Below, piece by piece: positions 10,410 to 21,900 of a stretch of DNA of 64,000 nucleotides (position 1 is the stretch's first letter; each line of letters begins with the position of its first letter). This DNA is from Candidatus Eiseniibacteriota bacterium (lineage in GTDB: Bacteria > Eisenbacteria > RBG-16-71-46 > SZUA-252). The stretch is taken from contig OY969801.1 of assembly GCA_963703225.1 (NCBI GenBank), positions 1,888,001 through 1,952,000 on the forward strand, written 5' to 3'. The translations under genes were made by a program, and so were the position numbers. The notes under the pieces were generated by a model, which saw only the letters and a list, made by a program, of their open reading frames with translations, did no database searches and was not told where the DNA came from.

Positions 10410-12525
10410 CCGGAGTCCCCTTCTCTGGCCCATCCGCAGGGGGGGCTTCATCCCCGACCACCGCCTCGGCCGCCGCCGCGACGGATTCCGCCCGCCACTC
10501 CCGCCTCAGCTGAACGCCCCTCGGGAGCCACAGAAGCGTGTGGATCCCTCCGATCGTGAACGTGCCAACCAGAAGCGCAACCATGCCCCAGAACGTCCAG
10601 AACAGGAGCGGGTACTTTTTCGGGTCATTGTGCGTCGCGTGCGTGAGGTAGCCGGCGAAGCGGCTCGTGGCACCCTCGTGGCACTTGCGACAGGTCTGGA
10701 CCACGTGCTTCCCACTCAGGTGTGAGCCGGGGTCGGACACCCTGAGGATGTCATGGGAGCCGTGGCAATCGTAGCACTTGGCGGTTTTCGTGTACCCCAG
10801 CTGCGACACCTTGCCGTGATACGTATCGAAGTAGGTCTTCGCGATCTCTTCGTGGCACCGACCGCACTTCCCCATGATCTCGAGCTTGAATCCCGTCGCG
10901 TCGGTCCGGCTGATCGTGTGGGCGGTGTGGCAGTCGCTGCAGACCGGAAGCTCCTTCTTGGTCTTCCCGGCCTGAGTGGCGTGGACGCTCCGGCGGAACT
11001 GCTCCTCGATTCCGTGGTGGCATCGGCCGCACGTGGTAGGAATGTTGTTTCGATTCACGCTCGAAACGGGATTGTCCTTGGGCAGGACGCCGTGGGCCGT
11101 GTGGCAGCTCGTGCACATCGCGGTCACGGTGAGGCCGCTCTTCATCAGCCCCAGCCCATGGATGCTCTCAACGTAGTGCTGAACGATGTCGTGCTGGCTG
11201 CCCTTGTACCGCTTGGCCGCCTTCTCCCCCTCGCGATGGCAGCGCGCGCAGAGACGGGGAACGTTAATGGGGAACGTGGCCGATGAGGGATCCGCCTTCC
11301 CCAGGATCCCATGCGTGCCGTGACACTCCACGCAGGTTGGCGCCTCCGGATCGCGCTTCGCCGTGAGCTCCCCATGCCTACTATCCCGGTACTGGCGCCC
11401 GATGTCGGCATGGCATGAGGAGCAGTCGACTTTGTGTGTGATGGTCTCGCAGGGGCGATGGCGGGACGCGGTTACCTCCGCGTGGCACTGACTGCATGAG
11501 ATCTTCTCGTGCCGCGAGCCGCTCAATTCCTCGGCGCGAACGTGGAGAGAGCGCCCGTCTGCGCTCGACCTAAGTCCGGGGTCGGCATGGCAACGCATGC
11601 AGTCCTTGTCCGCCATTCCCTCGGCGTAGAAGACCTTCCTCGCCTTGTGCGGCTGATGGCAGTCGACGCAGGCGGGAAGAACGCGCACTTCCTTCCCCCA
11701 TAGCTCGCTCTTGATGACCTTCCGGTGGACCTGCTCGATCTCGGCGTGGCACTTCATGCAGGTGCGGGCGATGTTCCTGCGGGCAATGGAGGAGGCCGGG
11801 TCGGTGTAGGGAAGGATCGAGTGGGAGGTGTGGCAAGAGGCGCAGTTGGCCGCGACGATCAGCCCTCTCTGGAGAAGTGCCTCGCCGTGGATATTTTCCG
11901 AGAAATTCTCAAGGATGAGATCTTGGCCAATGGCCCGCTGGCGCTGGATCGGCGCGCCCTCCTGATGGCACTTCCCGCAGAGGAACGCGATGCGAAGCGG
12001 GAAAATCGGAGACCGCGAGTCCCCTGCGGGCAACACGTCGTGCGTCCCGTGGCAGTCCTTGCAGCGCGGTGCGCGAGGATCTCCGCGCGCGATGGCCTGG
12101 CCGTGGAGGGACTTCGCATGCTCGGCCAAGACCGCCTCATGACATTTCCCGCACTGAACCGGGGTGATCTCGGCTTTGTGCGGGTCGGACTCCGGATCGA
12201 AGCCGATGTGACACTCGACGCAGGCAAGTTTTGCGTGGGCGGATTCCTTCAGGGTGGCGGGCTTCACGTAGAGCGAAACGGTCTTCCCGCCTCGCTCCAT
12301 CGTGATGCTGTCGTCATCATGGCACTCAAGGCAATCCTGGCTGGTCGGCGTCTGGGCGCCCGCGGGCGCCGCAAGCGAGGCGAGTAACAGCCCGGCCACG
12401 ACCGCCGCCGAGCGCATCCGGCCGGCCGCAACCCATGGTCCGCCGAACGTCGCAGCTTGCAGGGCCCTCCGCACGCCGGCGGCCCGGGGCTCCCCTCTCG
12501 ACGCGCGTCCGCACGTAAAGCTCAT
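10399..12525 (-). CDS. Large multiheme cytochrome c (19 CxxCH) with C-terminal TM helix
   Basis: 19 CxxCH counted; signal peptide AAVVAGLLLASLAAPAGAQ; start uncertain (12525 or 12417). Confidence 0.9.
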   Translation of the reverse strand: MSFTCGRASRGEPRAAGVRRALQAATFGGPWVAAGRMRSAAVVAGLLLASLAAPAGAQTPTSQDCLECHDDDSITMERGGKTVSLYVKPATLKESAHAKLACVECHIGFDPESDPHKAEITPVQCGKCHEAVLAEHAKSLHGQAIARGDPRAPRCKDCHGTHDVLPAGDSRSPIFPLRIAFLCGKCHQEGAPIQRQRAIGQDLILENFSENIHGEALLQRGLIVAANCASCHTSHSILPYTDPASSIARRNIARTCMKCHAEIEQVHRKVIKSELWGKEVRVLPACVDCHQPHKARKVFYAEGMADKDCMRCHADPGLRSSADGRSLHVRAEELSGSRHEKISCSQCHAEVTASRHRPCETITHKVDCSSCHADIGRQYRDSRHGELTAKRDPEAPTCVECHGTHGILGKADPSSATFPINVPRLCARCHREGEKAAKRYKGSQHDIVQHYVESIHGLGLMKSGLTVTAMCTSCHTAHGVLPKDNPVSSVNRNNIPTTCGRCHHGIEEQFRRSVHATQAGKTKKELPVCSDCHTAHTISRTDATGFKLEIMGKCGRCHEEIAKTYFDTYHGKVSQLGYTKTAKCYDCHGSHDILRVSDPGSHLSGKHVVQTCRKCHEGATSRFAGYLTHATHNDPKKYPLLFWTFWGMVALLVGTFTIGGIHTLLWLPRGVQLRREWRAESVAAAAEAVVGDEAPPADGPEKGTPDEP

Positions 12526-12975
12526 GTCGGGGGTCTCTTGAATCCGGCTCGGGCGGGCCCAACGCAAAACAGGTTGGCCCCGCCGGCCAGTTGGACCCGC
12601 TGGGTCCCAGTGTCACGCGCCCATTCGGCTGGACCGGACGCACCTCCGGAAATACTATCGGCTGGTGCGCGCCGAAGAAACTAGGATACGGCGGGAGCAC
12701 CGGATACCGTACTTTAGTAAGCAGTCGAATCGGTGCGCAACGCAAAAGGTTCTTTGTAGGGCCGAAGGGCACGTGGACCATGGGATCACTATCAGTGGCC
12801 CACAGGTACCAGAAAACACCCGATCAGGGATACGAAGCGGGGCGCTGACAGCGGCAGGTGCTACCTTGGGCCCATTCGCCGTACATCCAGGGCGCCCTTT
12901 GTTTCCGGCGCACCTGGCTCGAAGATAGGTATGTTCTAGAGGGGGTTTGTTCCACACGGACTCGGGAGGTGCCAG

Positions 12976-13608
12976 ATGAGACGGACAGTAACGGTAATGC
13001 TAGCGGCTCTGCTGATTGCGGCCGTCAGCGGGGTTTCATCCGCGGATGACGCCGCCACGGCGGCGGAGGCGCCAGGGAAGGTGATCTTCCTCAAGAACTC
13101 CTGCAACTCATGCCACACAATCGCGGGGCAGGGAATCGCCAAGAAACCGTCCACAGCCGAGGGAGAAGCCACCGCCACCAAAGAGGCCACCACGAACAAG
13201 GAAGCCTCTACCACCAAGGAAGCCTCTACCACCAAGGAAACCGCTACCACCAAAGAAACCGCTACCACCAAGGAAACCGCTGCGACCACGGAGGGAGCTG
13301 CGGCAGGCACTGACAAGAGGAAGCCTCCCGATCTCTCCGCCGTCGGCCTTGAGCGCGAAGCCGATTGGATTGCGAAGTACCTCCAGAAGCTGGAAGTGAT
13401 CAAAGAGAAGAAGCACATGAAGAAGTTCAAGGGCACCGACGAGGAGCTGACGCAGCTCGCCGCCTGGCTCGCGGCGCAGAAGGACGCCGAGGCGTCAAAG
13501 AAGGCGAGCGAGGCCAGCTTGAAGGAAGAGACTCAGAAGGAGGGAACGAAGGAAGACGCAGCGGCCGGCACGACGGAGGAAACGAAGAAGGGCGAAGCGA
13601 CGAAGTAG
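12976..13608 (+). CDS. Secreted monoheme cytochrome c with Thr/Lys/Glu repeat insert
   Basis: RBS GGGAGGT, signal peptide, GKVIFLKNSCNSCH, PPDLS, KKHMKKF (candidate axial Met). Confidence 0.88.
   Translation: MRRTVTVMLAALLIAAVSGVSSADDAATAAEAPGKVIFLKNSCNSCHTIAGQGIAKKPSTAEGEATATKEATTNKEASTTKEASTTKETATTKETATTKETAATTEGAAAGTDKRKPPDLSAVGLEREADWIAKYLQKLEVIKEKKHMKKFKGTDEELTQLAAWLAAQKDAEASKKASEASLKEETQKEGTKEDAAAGTTEETKKGEATK
13165..13290 (+). repeat. 7 x 18-bp tandem coding repeat (E[AT][TSA]TTK-like)
   Basis: gaagcctctaccaccaag / gaaaccgctaccaccaag-type units. Confidence 0.9.
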
Positions 13609-13640
13609 GCATCGGTGTCTTGTTGCGCTCGATTCAGCTG

Positions 13641-13670
13641 CGGACCCGGAGTCGGTGGACACCGGGTCCG
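13641..13670. terminator. Hairpin between convergent genes
   Basis: cggacccgg...ccgggtccg, 9-bp stem, no clear U-tract. Confidence 0.5.
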
Positions 13671-13692
13671 TCGTGCTATACGCCCAGCGGTA

Positions 13693-14499
13693 TTAGCGTG
13701 AAGTGGTCGGCCGATCCGTCAGGAGAAGAGGATTTCGGACGACGTAGATCCCAATCTGAAGACGGTCTTGAAGACCCAGCTTTCCAAGGATGTGCCCCAC
13801 GTGCTTCTTCACCGTCGGCTCGCTGATTCCGAGGGCCTGGGCGATTTCCTTGTTCGACCGTCCGTCGGAAATCAGGTCCGCCACGTGGAGCTCTCGCGTG
13901 GAAAGCGTGCGCGACCCGCGAGAAGCGTCCGTGCCTTGGGCGCGCTTCACCATCGCCGACGCCGTGCGCGGCTCGTACCAGGCGTTCCCCTGAGCCACCG
14001 CGCGCACGGCCTGGTAGAGCTGCTCCGGCTCGGCGTCGCGCCGCAGCGCCCCAAGCGCGCCCTCCGCGACGGCCAGCTGGAGGCAATCGGTGTGGATGCC
14101 GCAGCCTGTGGGGGTGAGCGGAATCCCTTGGTGGTTCGCACGAGGCGGGCTCAATACGAGGCAGTGGTCGGTCCCCCGCTCCGCCAAAGCGATGATGCGG
14201 GTGGAAGGCGACGCCGCTTGGACAGCCGAGATCGCTGTGGCCCCCTCCTGCACCGGAAGTCGGATGGAGAGGATGAGCACCTCGGCGCGAAAGCGTCGGC
14301 AGCGCTCGGCCGCCTCGGGAGCGCTCGCCGCTTCCCCTACGACTTTGAAATCGGATTGGGATTCCAGAAGGCGGACGAGACCAATGCGGTCAATCGGCTG
14401 GTCGTCTGCGACGACGATGCGGATCGGCCGTGTCGCCCGTCCCGCGGCCGGCCCGACTCGAGAACCAGCGCGCGGAGCCCGCGTGCGCTTGCTCGGCAT
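13693..14499 (-). CDS. NarL/LuxR-family regulator with atypical (pseudo-)receiver
   Basis: IRIVVADDQP receiver; LSTRELHVADLISDGRSNKEIAQALGISEPTVKKHVGHILGKL HTH; phospho-Asp position reads LILSIRLP. Confidence 0.88.
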   Translation of the reverse strand: MPSKRTRAPRAGSRVGPAAGRATRPIRIVVADDQPIDRIGLVRLLESQSDFKVVGEAASAPEAAERCRRFRAEVLILSIRLPVQEGATAISAVQAASPSTRIIALAERGTDHCLVLSPPRANHQGIPLTPTGCGIHTDCLQLAVAEGALGALRRDAEPEQLYQAVRAVAQGNAWYEPRTASAMVKRAQGTDASRGSRTLSTRELHVADLISDGRSNKEIAQALGISEPTVKKHVGHILGKLGLQDRLQIGIYVVRNPLLLTDRPTTSR

Positions 14500-14687
14500 G
14501 CGAGGCCTCCCTTCTGGACCACTTCGCGTGGCTACGCCCATCATCCCCCATTGGGGTAACGAAGTACCTTATATTCTACTATGTCATATTCATCGGCCGC
14601 TGTCAGTACTCCAATGGGAGTATGTTGGACTGGGGCCCGAGACGGACCGCGTTGGGTTCGGGCCCTCCAAAAATGCGAGGTGGCCCC

Positions 14688-14828
14688 ATGGTAGTAAGAG
14701 TGAAGTATGCGATTGTCTTTGTGAGCGACATGAAGCGGGCGGTTTCCTTCTATCGTGATGAGATTGGACTGCCTCTAAACCCCGATGGGCTCGCGATATC
14801 GGTCGGAGAGACACCGCAAGGCACCTGA
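14688..14828 (+). pseudogene. VOC/glyoxalase remnant with internal deletion
   Basis: VKYAIVFVSDMKRAVSFYRDEIGLPL joined directly to C-terminal NPDGLAISVGE. Confidence 0.65.
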
Positions 14829-14848
14829 AAGTGCCGCCCGAGAGCCGA

Positions 14849-15778
14849 ATGCCAAGCCTGAAGCTCCTCGATGCGATCGGCAACACTCCCCTGATCCAAC
14901 TCCGCCACGTCGTGCCGGCAGGATCCGCCCGCGTGGTTGCGAAACTGGAATCGACGAACCCCACGGGGAGCATGAAAGATCGCATGGCCCGGGCACTGAT
15001 CGAGCGCGCCGCCGTAGACGGACGGCTCTCACCGGGAGATACGGTCGTCGAATACACGTCCGGGACGTCGGGCATCTCCCTGGCCCTTGTGTGCGCGGCG
15101 CTTGGGTACCAGACGCACTTTGTCTTTTCCGACGCCTTCAGTGAAGAGAAGCGCTACACGATGCTCGCCTTTGGGGCCAAGATTACGGATGTGCCGAGCG
15201 ACAACAAGAAGATCACCGAGCAGCTGATCAAGACGATGATCCGTACCGCGGAGAAGATCGGCCGCCAGGCAGGACACTGGTCGTGCGACCAGTTGAGCAA
15301 CCGGGACGGCGAGGCGGGCTACCACCCGCTCGGTGAGGAGATCTGGCGGCAAGCCGGCCAGCGCGTGGATGCCTTCGTACAGGCCGTAGGAACGGCGCAC
15401 TGCATCCACGGTACGGCCCACGCGTTGCGGCGCCGCAATCCACAAGTGCGGGTCTTCGCCGTCGAGCCCGCTGAGTCCGCCGTGCTCTCGGGCAAACCGT
15501 CGGGGGCCCATAGGATCGAAGGGATCGGGATTGGCTTCATTCCGCCCTTGTGGAGGCCCGACGAAGTCGATGAGATCCTCACGGTGTCCACGGAAGCGGC
15601 CAAAGGCATGGCCCGGCGTTTGGCGCGGGAGGAAGCAATCTTCGCCGGAACGTCAACGGGGGCGAACGTGATCGCGGCAATCCGTGTGGCGGAGAGGTTG
15701 GGTCCCAAGGCGACGGTCGCCACCATCGTGGTGGACTCTGGGCTCCGCTACCTCAGCACAGACGTGTTCCGGCCTTAA
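14849..15778 (+). CDS. PLP-dependent cysteine synthase family protein
   Basis: IGNTPL, KLESTNPTGSMKDR, EYTSGTSG, VGTAH, HRIEGIG, DSGLRYLS. Confidence 0.9.
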   Translation: MPSLKLLDAIGNTPLIQLRHVVPAGSARVVAKLESTNPTGSMKDRMARALIERAAVDGRLSPGDTVVEYTSGTSGISLALVCAALGYQTHFVFSDAFSEEKRYTMLAFGAKITDVPSDNKKITEQLIKTMIRTAEKIGRQAGHWSCDQLSNRDGEAGYHPLGEEIWRQAGQRVDAFVQAVGTAHCIHGTAHALRRRNPQVRVFAVEPAESAVLSGKPSGAHRIEGIGIGFIPPLWRPDEVDEILTVSTEAAKGMARRLAREEAIFAGTSTGANVIAAIRVAERLGPKATVATIVVDSGLRYLSTDVFRP

Positions 15779-15979
15779 TTACGACGCCCTCGGGGTAACG
15801 GTCTTGAGGAAGCTCATCGGAACACGCAGAGGTGGCTGGACCGGCCCGCGTCAAGCAGGGAGCCTGTCTTTAGCTCACGCGGTGAGGGCCCTGCTGCCCC
15901 ATCCCTGCTAAGATGATTTGGTCGCCTCGATAGGGGGCCGCGGGCTCTCCGCGGTCCGTTCCGAAAGGACTAAAGGCTC

Positions 15980-18900
15980 TTGGCAGGGACCCTCGTCACG
16001 CCGCCGCGTGCTGCATCGCGACCTGTCGCTGTCTCACTCCCGCTGATCGGGCTCCACTCCAGCCCCCTGCACGGTGAGCTCCTCGGCGTCGAGCGGCTGG
16101 AGGAGCGCGCCCGGGCGCTGGCCGCGGGGTTCACACTCTCGCGAAACCCGCGGCGCGGTCCCCCAACGCTGCTGCGCCGACTCACGGAGGACACGCGCGC
16201 GCTCCGCAACGCGTATCACGTCCTGGCCGGCGACGTGCGACGTGGCGAGCCGATTGCGCCCGCCGCCGAGTGGCTGCTCGACAATTTCCACCTGGTGGAA
16301 GGCGAGATCCGCGAGATCCGCCACCACCTCCCGACCCGCTACTACCTCGAGCTCCCCAAGCTGGCCACTCGCGAGCTCGCCGGGACGGCCCGCGTCTACG
16401 CCATGGCCGTCGAGCTGCTCCGCTACAGCGACGCGCGTCTCGACGCCCAGCGGCTGAACCGGTTCATCTACGCCTATCAGACCGTCGCGCCGCTCACAAT
16501 CGGCGAGCTGTGGGCGTGGCCCAGCATGCTCAAGCTCGCGCTGATCGAGCACCTGCGCCGGCTCTCCGAGGAATTGATCGAGAGCCGCGCGGGTCGCCTC
16601 GAGGCGGATCGATGTTTCGCCGACTTCGAGAGCGCGCGAGACGAGCGGCCGCCTGCCGCTTCTTCCGCGGAGTCTCCACGTCGCGTTCGTGGACCAACTG
16701 CTGCAGCGAATGCGCGAGTACGGCGCCGGCGCCGCGGGGCTGCAGGAAGCAGCTGGAGGAGCGGCTGGATGCCGCCGGGACCACGGTGGAGGAGGCCGTG
16801 CGCGCCGAGCATCAGCGACAGGCGATGAACCATCTCTCGATGGGCAATTCCATCACCAGCCTCAGGCTGTGCGCCACGCTCGATTGGAACGAGTACGTCG
16901 AAGGCGTCAGCCTGATCGAGCAGATCCTGCAGCGCGACCCGCCCGGCGTCTACGGCCGCATGGAATTTCAAGAGCCGCGATCGCTACCGTCACGCGGTGG
17001 AGGCGCTGGCGGACCCGACCGGCGAGGCCCAGGTGAGGGTCGCACTGCGCGCCATCGAGAGCGCGCGGCAGGCGGCGGAACAACTCGGCACCGATTCCAG
17101 AGCGGCGCACGTGGGCTACCACCTGATCGGACCCGGCCGCCGCGGACTGGAGAGCGACGTTGCCCACCATCCCCCGGCTGCGGCACCGCCTCAAGCGGCT
17201 GCGTGTTCGAGCACGCCACGCCGATCTATCTTGGGCTCGCTCGCGCTCCTCACCGGGCTCGGGGTGACCGTCGCGGTGGCGGCGGCGGGAGTCGTCGCAG
17301 GCGCCGCGGTCGACGTGGATCTGGGTGGCCGCCCTCGCGCTGATCCCCGCCAGCGAGTTCGCGGTCGCACTCATGCACCGCATGGTCCACCGGATCGCCA
17401 GACCGTGGCCGCTGCCGCGACTCGACCTGCGCGGCGGCGTGCCGGAACACGCTCGCACCATGGTGATCGTGCCCACCCTCATTTCGTCGGTCGAGGGCGC
17501 CAGGGCTCTAGCCGAGCGCCTCGAGGTGCATGCGCTCGGCAACATGGACCCGCACATTCACTTCGCGCTGCTCACCGACTTTCCCGGACGCTGCCGTCCG
17601 AGCACCTTCCGGGCGAGGACGAGGTGCTCGCCGCGGCGGTCGCGGCGATCGAGACGCTCAACGCGCGCTACGCGCCCGGCACGGCCGACCGGTTCTACCT
17701 CTTCCATCGCGCACGCCGCTGGAACGGCGAGCGAGGGCGTGTGGATGGGCTGGGAGCGCAAGCGCGGCAAGATCGAGGAGTTCAACCGGCTGCTGCGGGG
17801 CGCCACCGACACCAGCTTCACCGTGCGGGTGGGCGACCCCGAGATCCTGCCGCGCATCCGCTACTGCATCACGCTCGACAGTGACACCCGCCTGCCGCGC
17901 GACGCGGCGCGGCAGCTGATCGGCGTGATCGAGCACCCGCTCAATCGCCCGCGCTTCGATCACGCGCTTCGCCGCGTCGTCGAGGGCTACGGAATCCTCC
18001 AGCCCCGGGTCAGCGTCACCATGGCGAGCGCGGCCGGCTCGCTGTTCGCACGCGCCTACGCCGGGCACACCGGCATCGATCCCTACACGACCGCGGTTTC
18101 CGACACCTACCAGGACCTGTTCGCGCGAGGGCATCTTCACCGGCAAGGGGCTCTACGACGTGGACGCCTTCACCGCCGCGCTCGAGGGCCGCGTGGCGGA
18201 GAACGCCATGCTCTCGCACGACCTGTTCGAGGGTCTGTTCGCGCGCTGCGCGCTGGTCTCGGACATCGAGGTGGTGGACGACTTTCCCTCGAGCGTTCTC
18301 GCGCACGCGCGGCGCCAGCACCGCTGGGTGCGCGGCGACTGGCAGATCCTGTTCTGCCTGCTGCCGGTGACGCCCACGCGGCACGGCTTCGAGCGCACCC
18401 GGCTGCCGCTGATCAGCCGCTGGAAGATTCTCGACAATCTGCGCCGCAGCCTGCTGGCCCCGGCGCTCGTGGCGATGCTGGCCTCGGCGTGGATCTGGCT
18501 CCCGGGCTCGCCGCTCGCCTGGACCCTGGCGACGCTCGCGGTGCTCGGCTTCCCGCTGATTCCGCCGCTGGTGCACTTCGCCGGCGGCCCGCGCCCCCAG
18601 CAGCCGTTCGGCGTGTTCCTGCACGACGTGTGGGCGGAAGCTGGAGACGGCTGGCGCGCAGGTGCTTGCTCCAGATCGTCCTGCTCCCCTACCACGCCTT
18701 CGAGATGCTGCACGCCATCGTCCTGTCGCTGGTCCGGATGGTGATCACCCAGCGCCGGCTGCTCGAGTGGGAGACCGCCGCCGCGACCGCGGCGCGAGCC
18801 GCGGGGCTGCTCGCGCGTCAGGGCCCGCGCGTCTTCATCGCCGAGATGTGGGCGGGCCCGGCGGCCGCCCTGCTCTTGCTGCTGGGAGTGGTGCCGCTCC

Positions 18901-21900
18901 GGGCGACCGCGTTGCCGCTGGCGCTGCCGTTCCTGGTCGCCTGGCTCGCCTCGCCGGTGGTCGCGTGGTGGCTCAGCCGGCCGGTGGTTCCGCGGCGCCT
19001 GGCGCTGGGCGCCGAAGACACCGAGCAATTGCGCCGGATCGCGCGCCGGACCTGGCACTACTTCGAGCGATTCACGACCGCGCAGGATCACTGGCTGCCG
19101 CCCGACAACGTGCAGGAAGTCCCGGAGCTCCGCATCGCGCACCGCACGTCGCCGACCAATATCAGCATGGGGTTGCTCTCGACGCTCGCCGCGCACGACC
19201 TCGGCTATATCGGGACCGCCAACCTCGCCGATCGAATCGAGAACACACTCGCGATCCGTCGAAGGCGCTGGAGCGCCACGAAGGTCACCTGCTGAACTGG
19301 TACGACACGGAGAGCCTCGCTCCGCTCGTGCCGCGCTACGTCTCGACAGTGGACAGCGGCAATCTCGCCGGTGTGCTCATGACGCTCTCGGCCGGACTGC
19401 GCGAGCTTGCCGCGAGACCGGCTGTCGACAGCCGAATCGCCGCGGGGGTTGCCGATACGGCGGGGGTGCTGGACGACGCGCTGGCGACGCTAGGGCGTCA
19501 CGCTCACGGCGCCACCCCGCTCCGGGCGGCCTGCACCCTCGCCCAGGGTGAGCTCGACCTGCTGCGCGGCGCGTTGGGCGCTGGCGAACCCTCGAGCGAG
19601 CGCCTCGCGGCCGCCGTGCGCTGCCTTGCCGGTGTCCGCGCGGCGCTCGAGTGGATCGCGGAGGTGGCCCCCGCGGGTCCGGATGCCGACGACGTCGCCG
19701 TGTGGGGCCGAACGGTCGACGCGGAACTCGACGCGGCAGTCGGCCTCGCGACGGCACCCGAAGTGCCGAGCGCACGGCTCGAGGATCTCGCCCGTCGCTG
19801 CGACGCGCTCGCCGACGGCATGAACTGGACATTCCTGTACGACCGCACCCGCGGCGCATTCTCGGTCGGCTTTCGTCTGGCGGATGCCGAAGGGCCAGGC
19901 CGCCTCGACACCTCGTACTACGACCTGCTGGCGTCCGAGGCTCGGCTCGCGAGCTTCATCGCCATCGCGCGAGGTGAAGTGCCGCAGGAGCACTGGTTCC
20001 GACTCTCGCGCGCGCTGGTGAGCGTCGAAGGCTCCACCACGCTCGTGTCCTGGAGCGGCTCGATGTTCGAGTACCTGATGCCGCTGCTGATGCTGCGCAG
20101 CCATCCCGAGACCCTGCTCGAGAGCACCTGCCGCGCGGTGGTGCGGGCGCAGGTCCACTACGGCCGGCGACACCGGGTGCCTTGGGGCATCTCGGAATCG
20201 GCCTTTAACTCCGTGGACCCGCACGGCAACTACCAGTACAAGGCCTTCGGCGTTCCCGGCCTCGGGCTCAAGCGCGGGCTGGCCGAGGACCTGGTCATCG
20301 CGCCCTACGCGACGGCGCTCGCCGCACTGGTCGATCCCGCCGCCGCCGCGACCAACTTCCGCCGCCTCGCACGCGAGGGGGCCGCGGGGCGTTACGGGTT
20401 CCACGAGGCGCTCGACTACACCCCGCGCAAGGGTCCGGTGCCCGAAGGCGAGACCCCACCGGACCATGCCCGCGTCCATGCCGTGCAGGCGTACTTCGCC
20501 CACCACCAGGGCATGAGCCTGGGGGCGCTTGCGAACGCCGTGCTCGGCGCCCCCATGGTGCGGCGCTTCCACTCGGATCCCCGCGTGCAGGCCACCGAGC
20601 CGCTGCTACAGGAGCGCGTGCCGCGCTTCGTGCCCGTCATCCGGCCGCGCCCCGCCGAGTCCACGCGGGTCGAGCCGGTGGTGCCCGCGCTGTCGCCGCG
20701 GCGCTTCCGCTCGCCGCACACGCTCTACCCGAGTGCCCACTTCCTGTCGAACGGCCAGTACATCACGGCGGTCACCAACGCCGGGGGCGGCGCGAGCACC
20801 TGGCGCGGACGCGCCGTCACGCGCCAGCGCGACGACCCCACCTGCGATCCGGGCAGCCAGTTCATCTACCTGCGCGACGTGCGCAGCGGCCTCACTCTGG
20901 TCGGCCGCCTACCAGCCGGTCTGTCGCGAGCCCGAACGCTACCGGGTGACCTATCGGGCCGACGCGGCGACTTGTTCGCGCACGGACGACGGCATCGAGA
21001 CCCGGCTCGAGATCACGGTCTCCCCCGAGGACGACGTCGAGGTGCGCCGCGTGTCGCTGGTCAATCACACCGATCTTCTGCGCGAGATCGAGGTGACGAG
21101 CCTGGTCGAGATCGTGCTCGCGCCGCCCGCCGATGACCTCGCCCATCCCGGCGTTCCTCAAGCTCTTCCTCGAGACCGAGTACCGCCCCGAGTGCATGGC
21201 GCTGCTGTGCGGCCGCCGCCCGCGTTCGCCCGACGAACAGGCGCCGTGGGCGGTGCACGTGCTGAGCGCCGAGGGCGGCGTCCACGGCGCCATCGAGTGG
21301 GAGACCGACCGCAAGCGATTCCTCGGGCGCGGGCGCACGCCCGAAGACCCGGTCGCGCTCGACGGCCGCGCCCTCTCGGGCACCACGGGGGCGGTGCTCG
21401 ATCCGGTCCTGAGCCTGCGGCGGCGCGTGCGCATCGCCCCCGGCGGGCAGGTGCGTCTCGCGTTCGCGACCGGTGTCGCCGCGGAGCCGGGCCGCGGCAC
21501 TCGCCCTGGCCGAGAAGTACGACGATCCCACCTCGGCCGCCCGCACCTTCGCGCTCGCCACCACACAGACCCAGTTGCTGCTGCGTCACCTCGGCATCTC
21601 GACCGACGAAGCGCAGCTCTACGAGCGACTCGCCTCGCACGTGCTGTGGACCGACGCCGCACTGCGCGCCGCGCCCGCGATCCGTCGCGGCCAACACGCT
21701 CGGCCAAGCCGGCCTCTGGCCGCACGGCATCTCCGGCGACCTGCCGATCCTGGTCGTGCGCGTGGTCGAGGAGGGCGATCTCTCGCTGGTGCGCCAGGCG
21801 CTGCGCGCGCAGGAGTACTGGCGGCTCAAGGGTCTGAGTGCCGACGTCGTCATCCTCAACGAGCATCCGGTGAGCTACCTGGACGAGATGCACGAGCAGC

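Noticed and set aside
8958..10559. Long antisense ORFs (e.g. 533 aa here, 51240-53099, 37611-39044)
   Set aside because: Shadow frames of well-supported opposite-strand genes in GC-rich DNA, with no motifs
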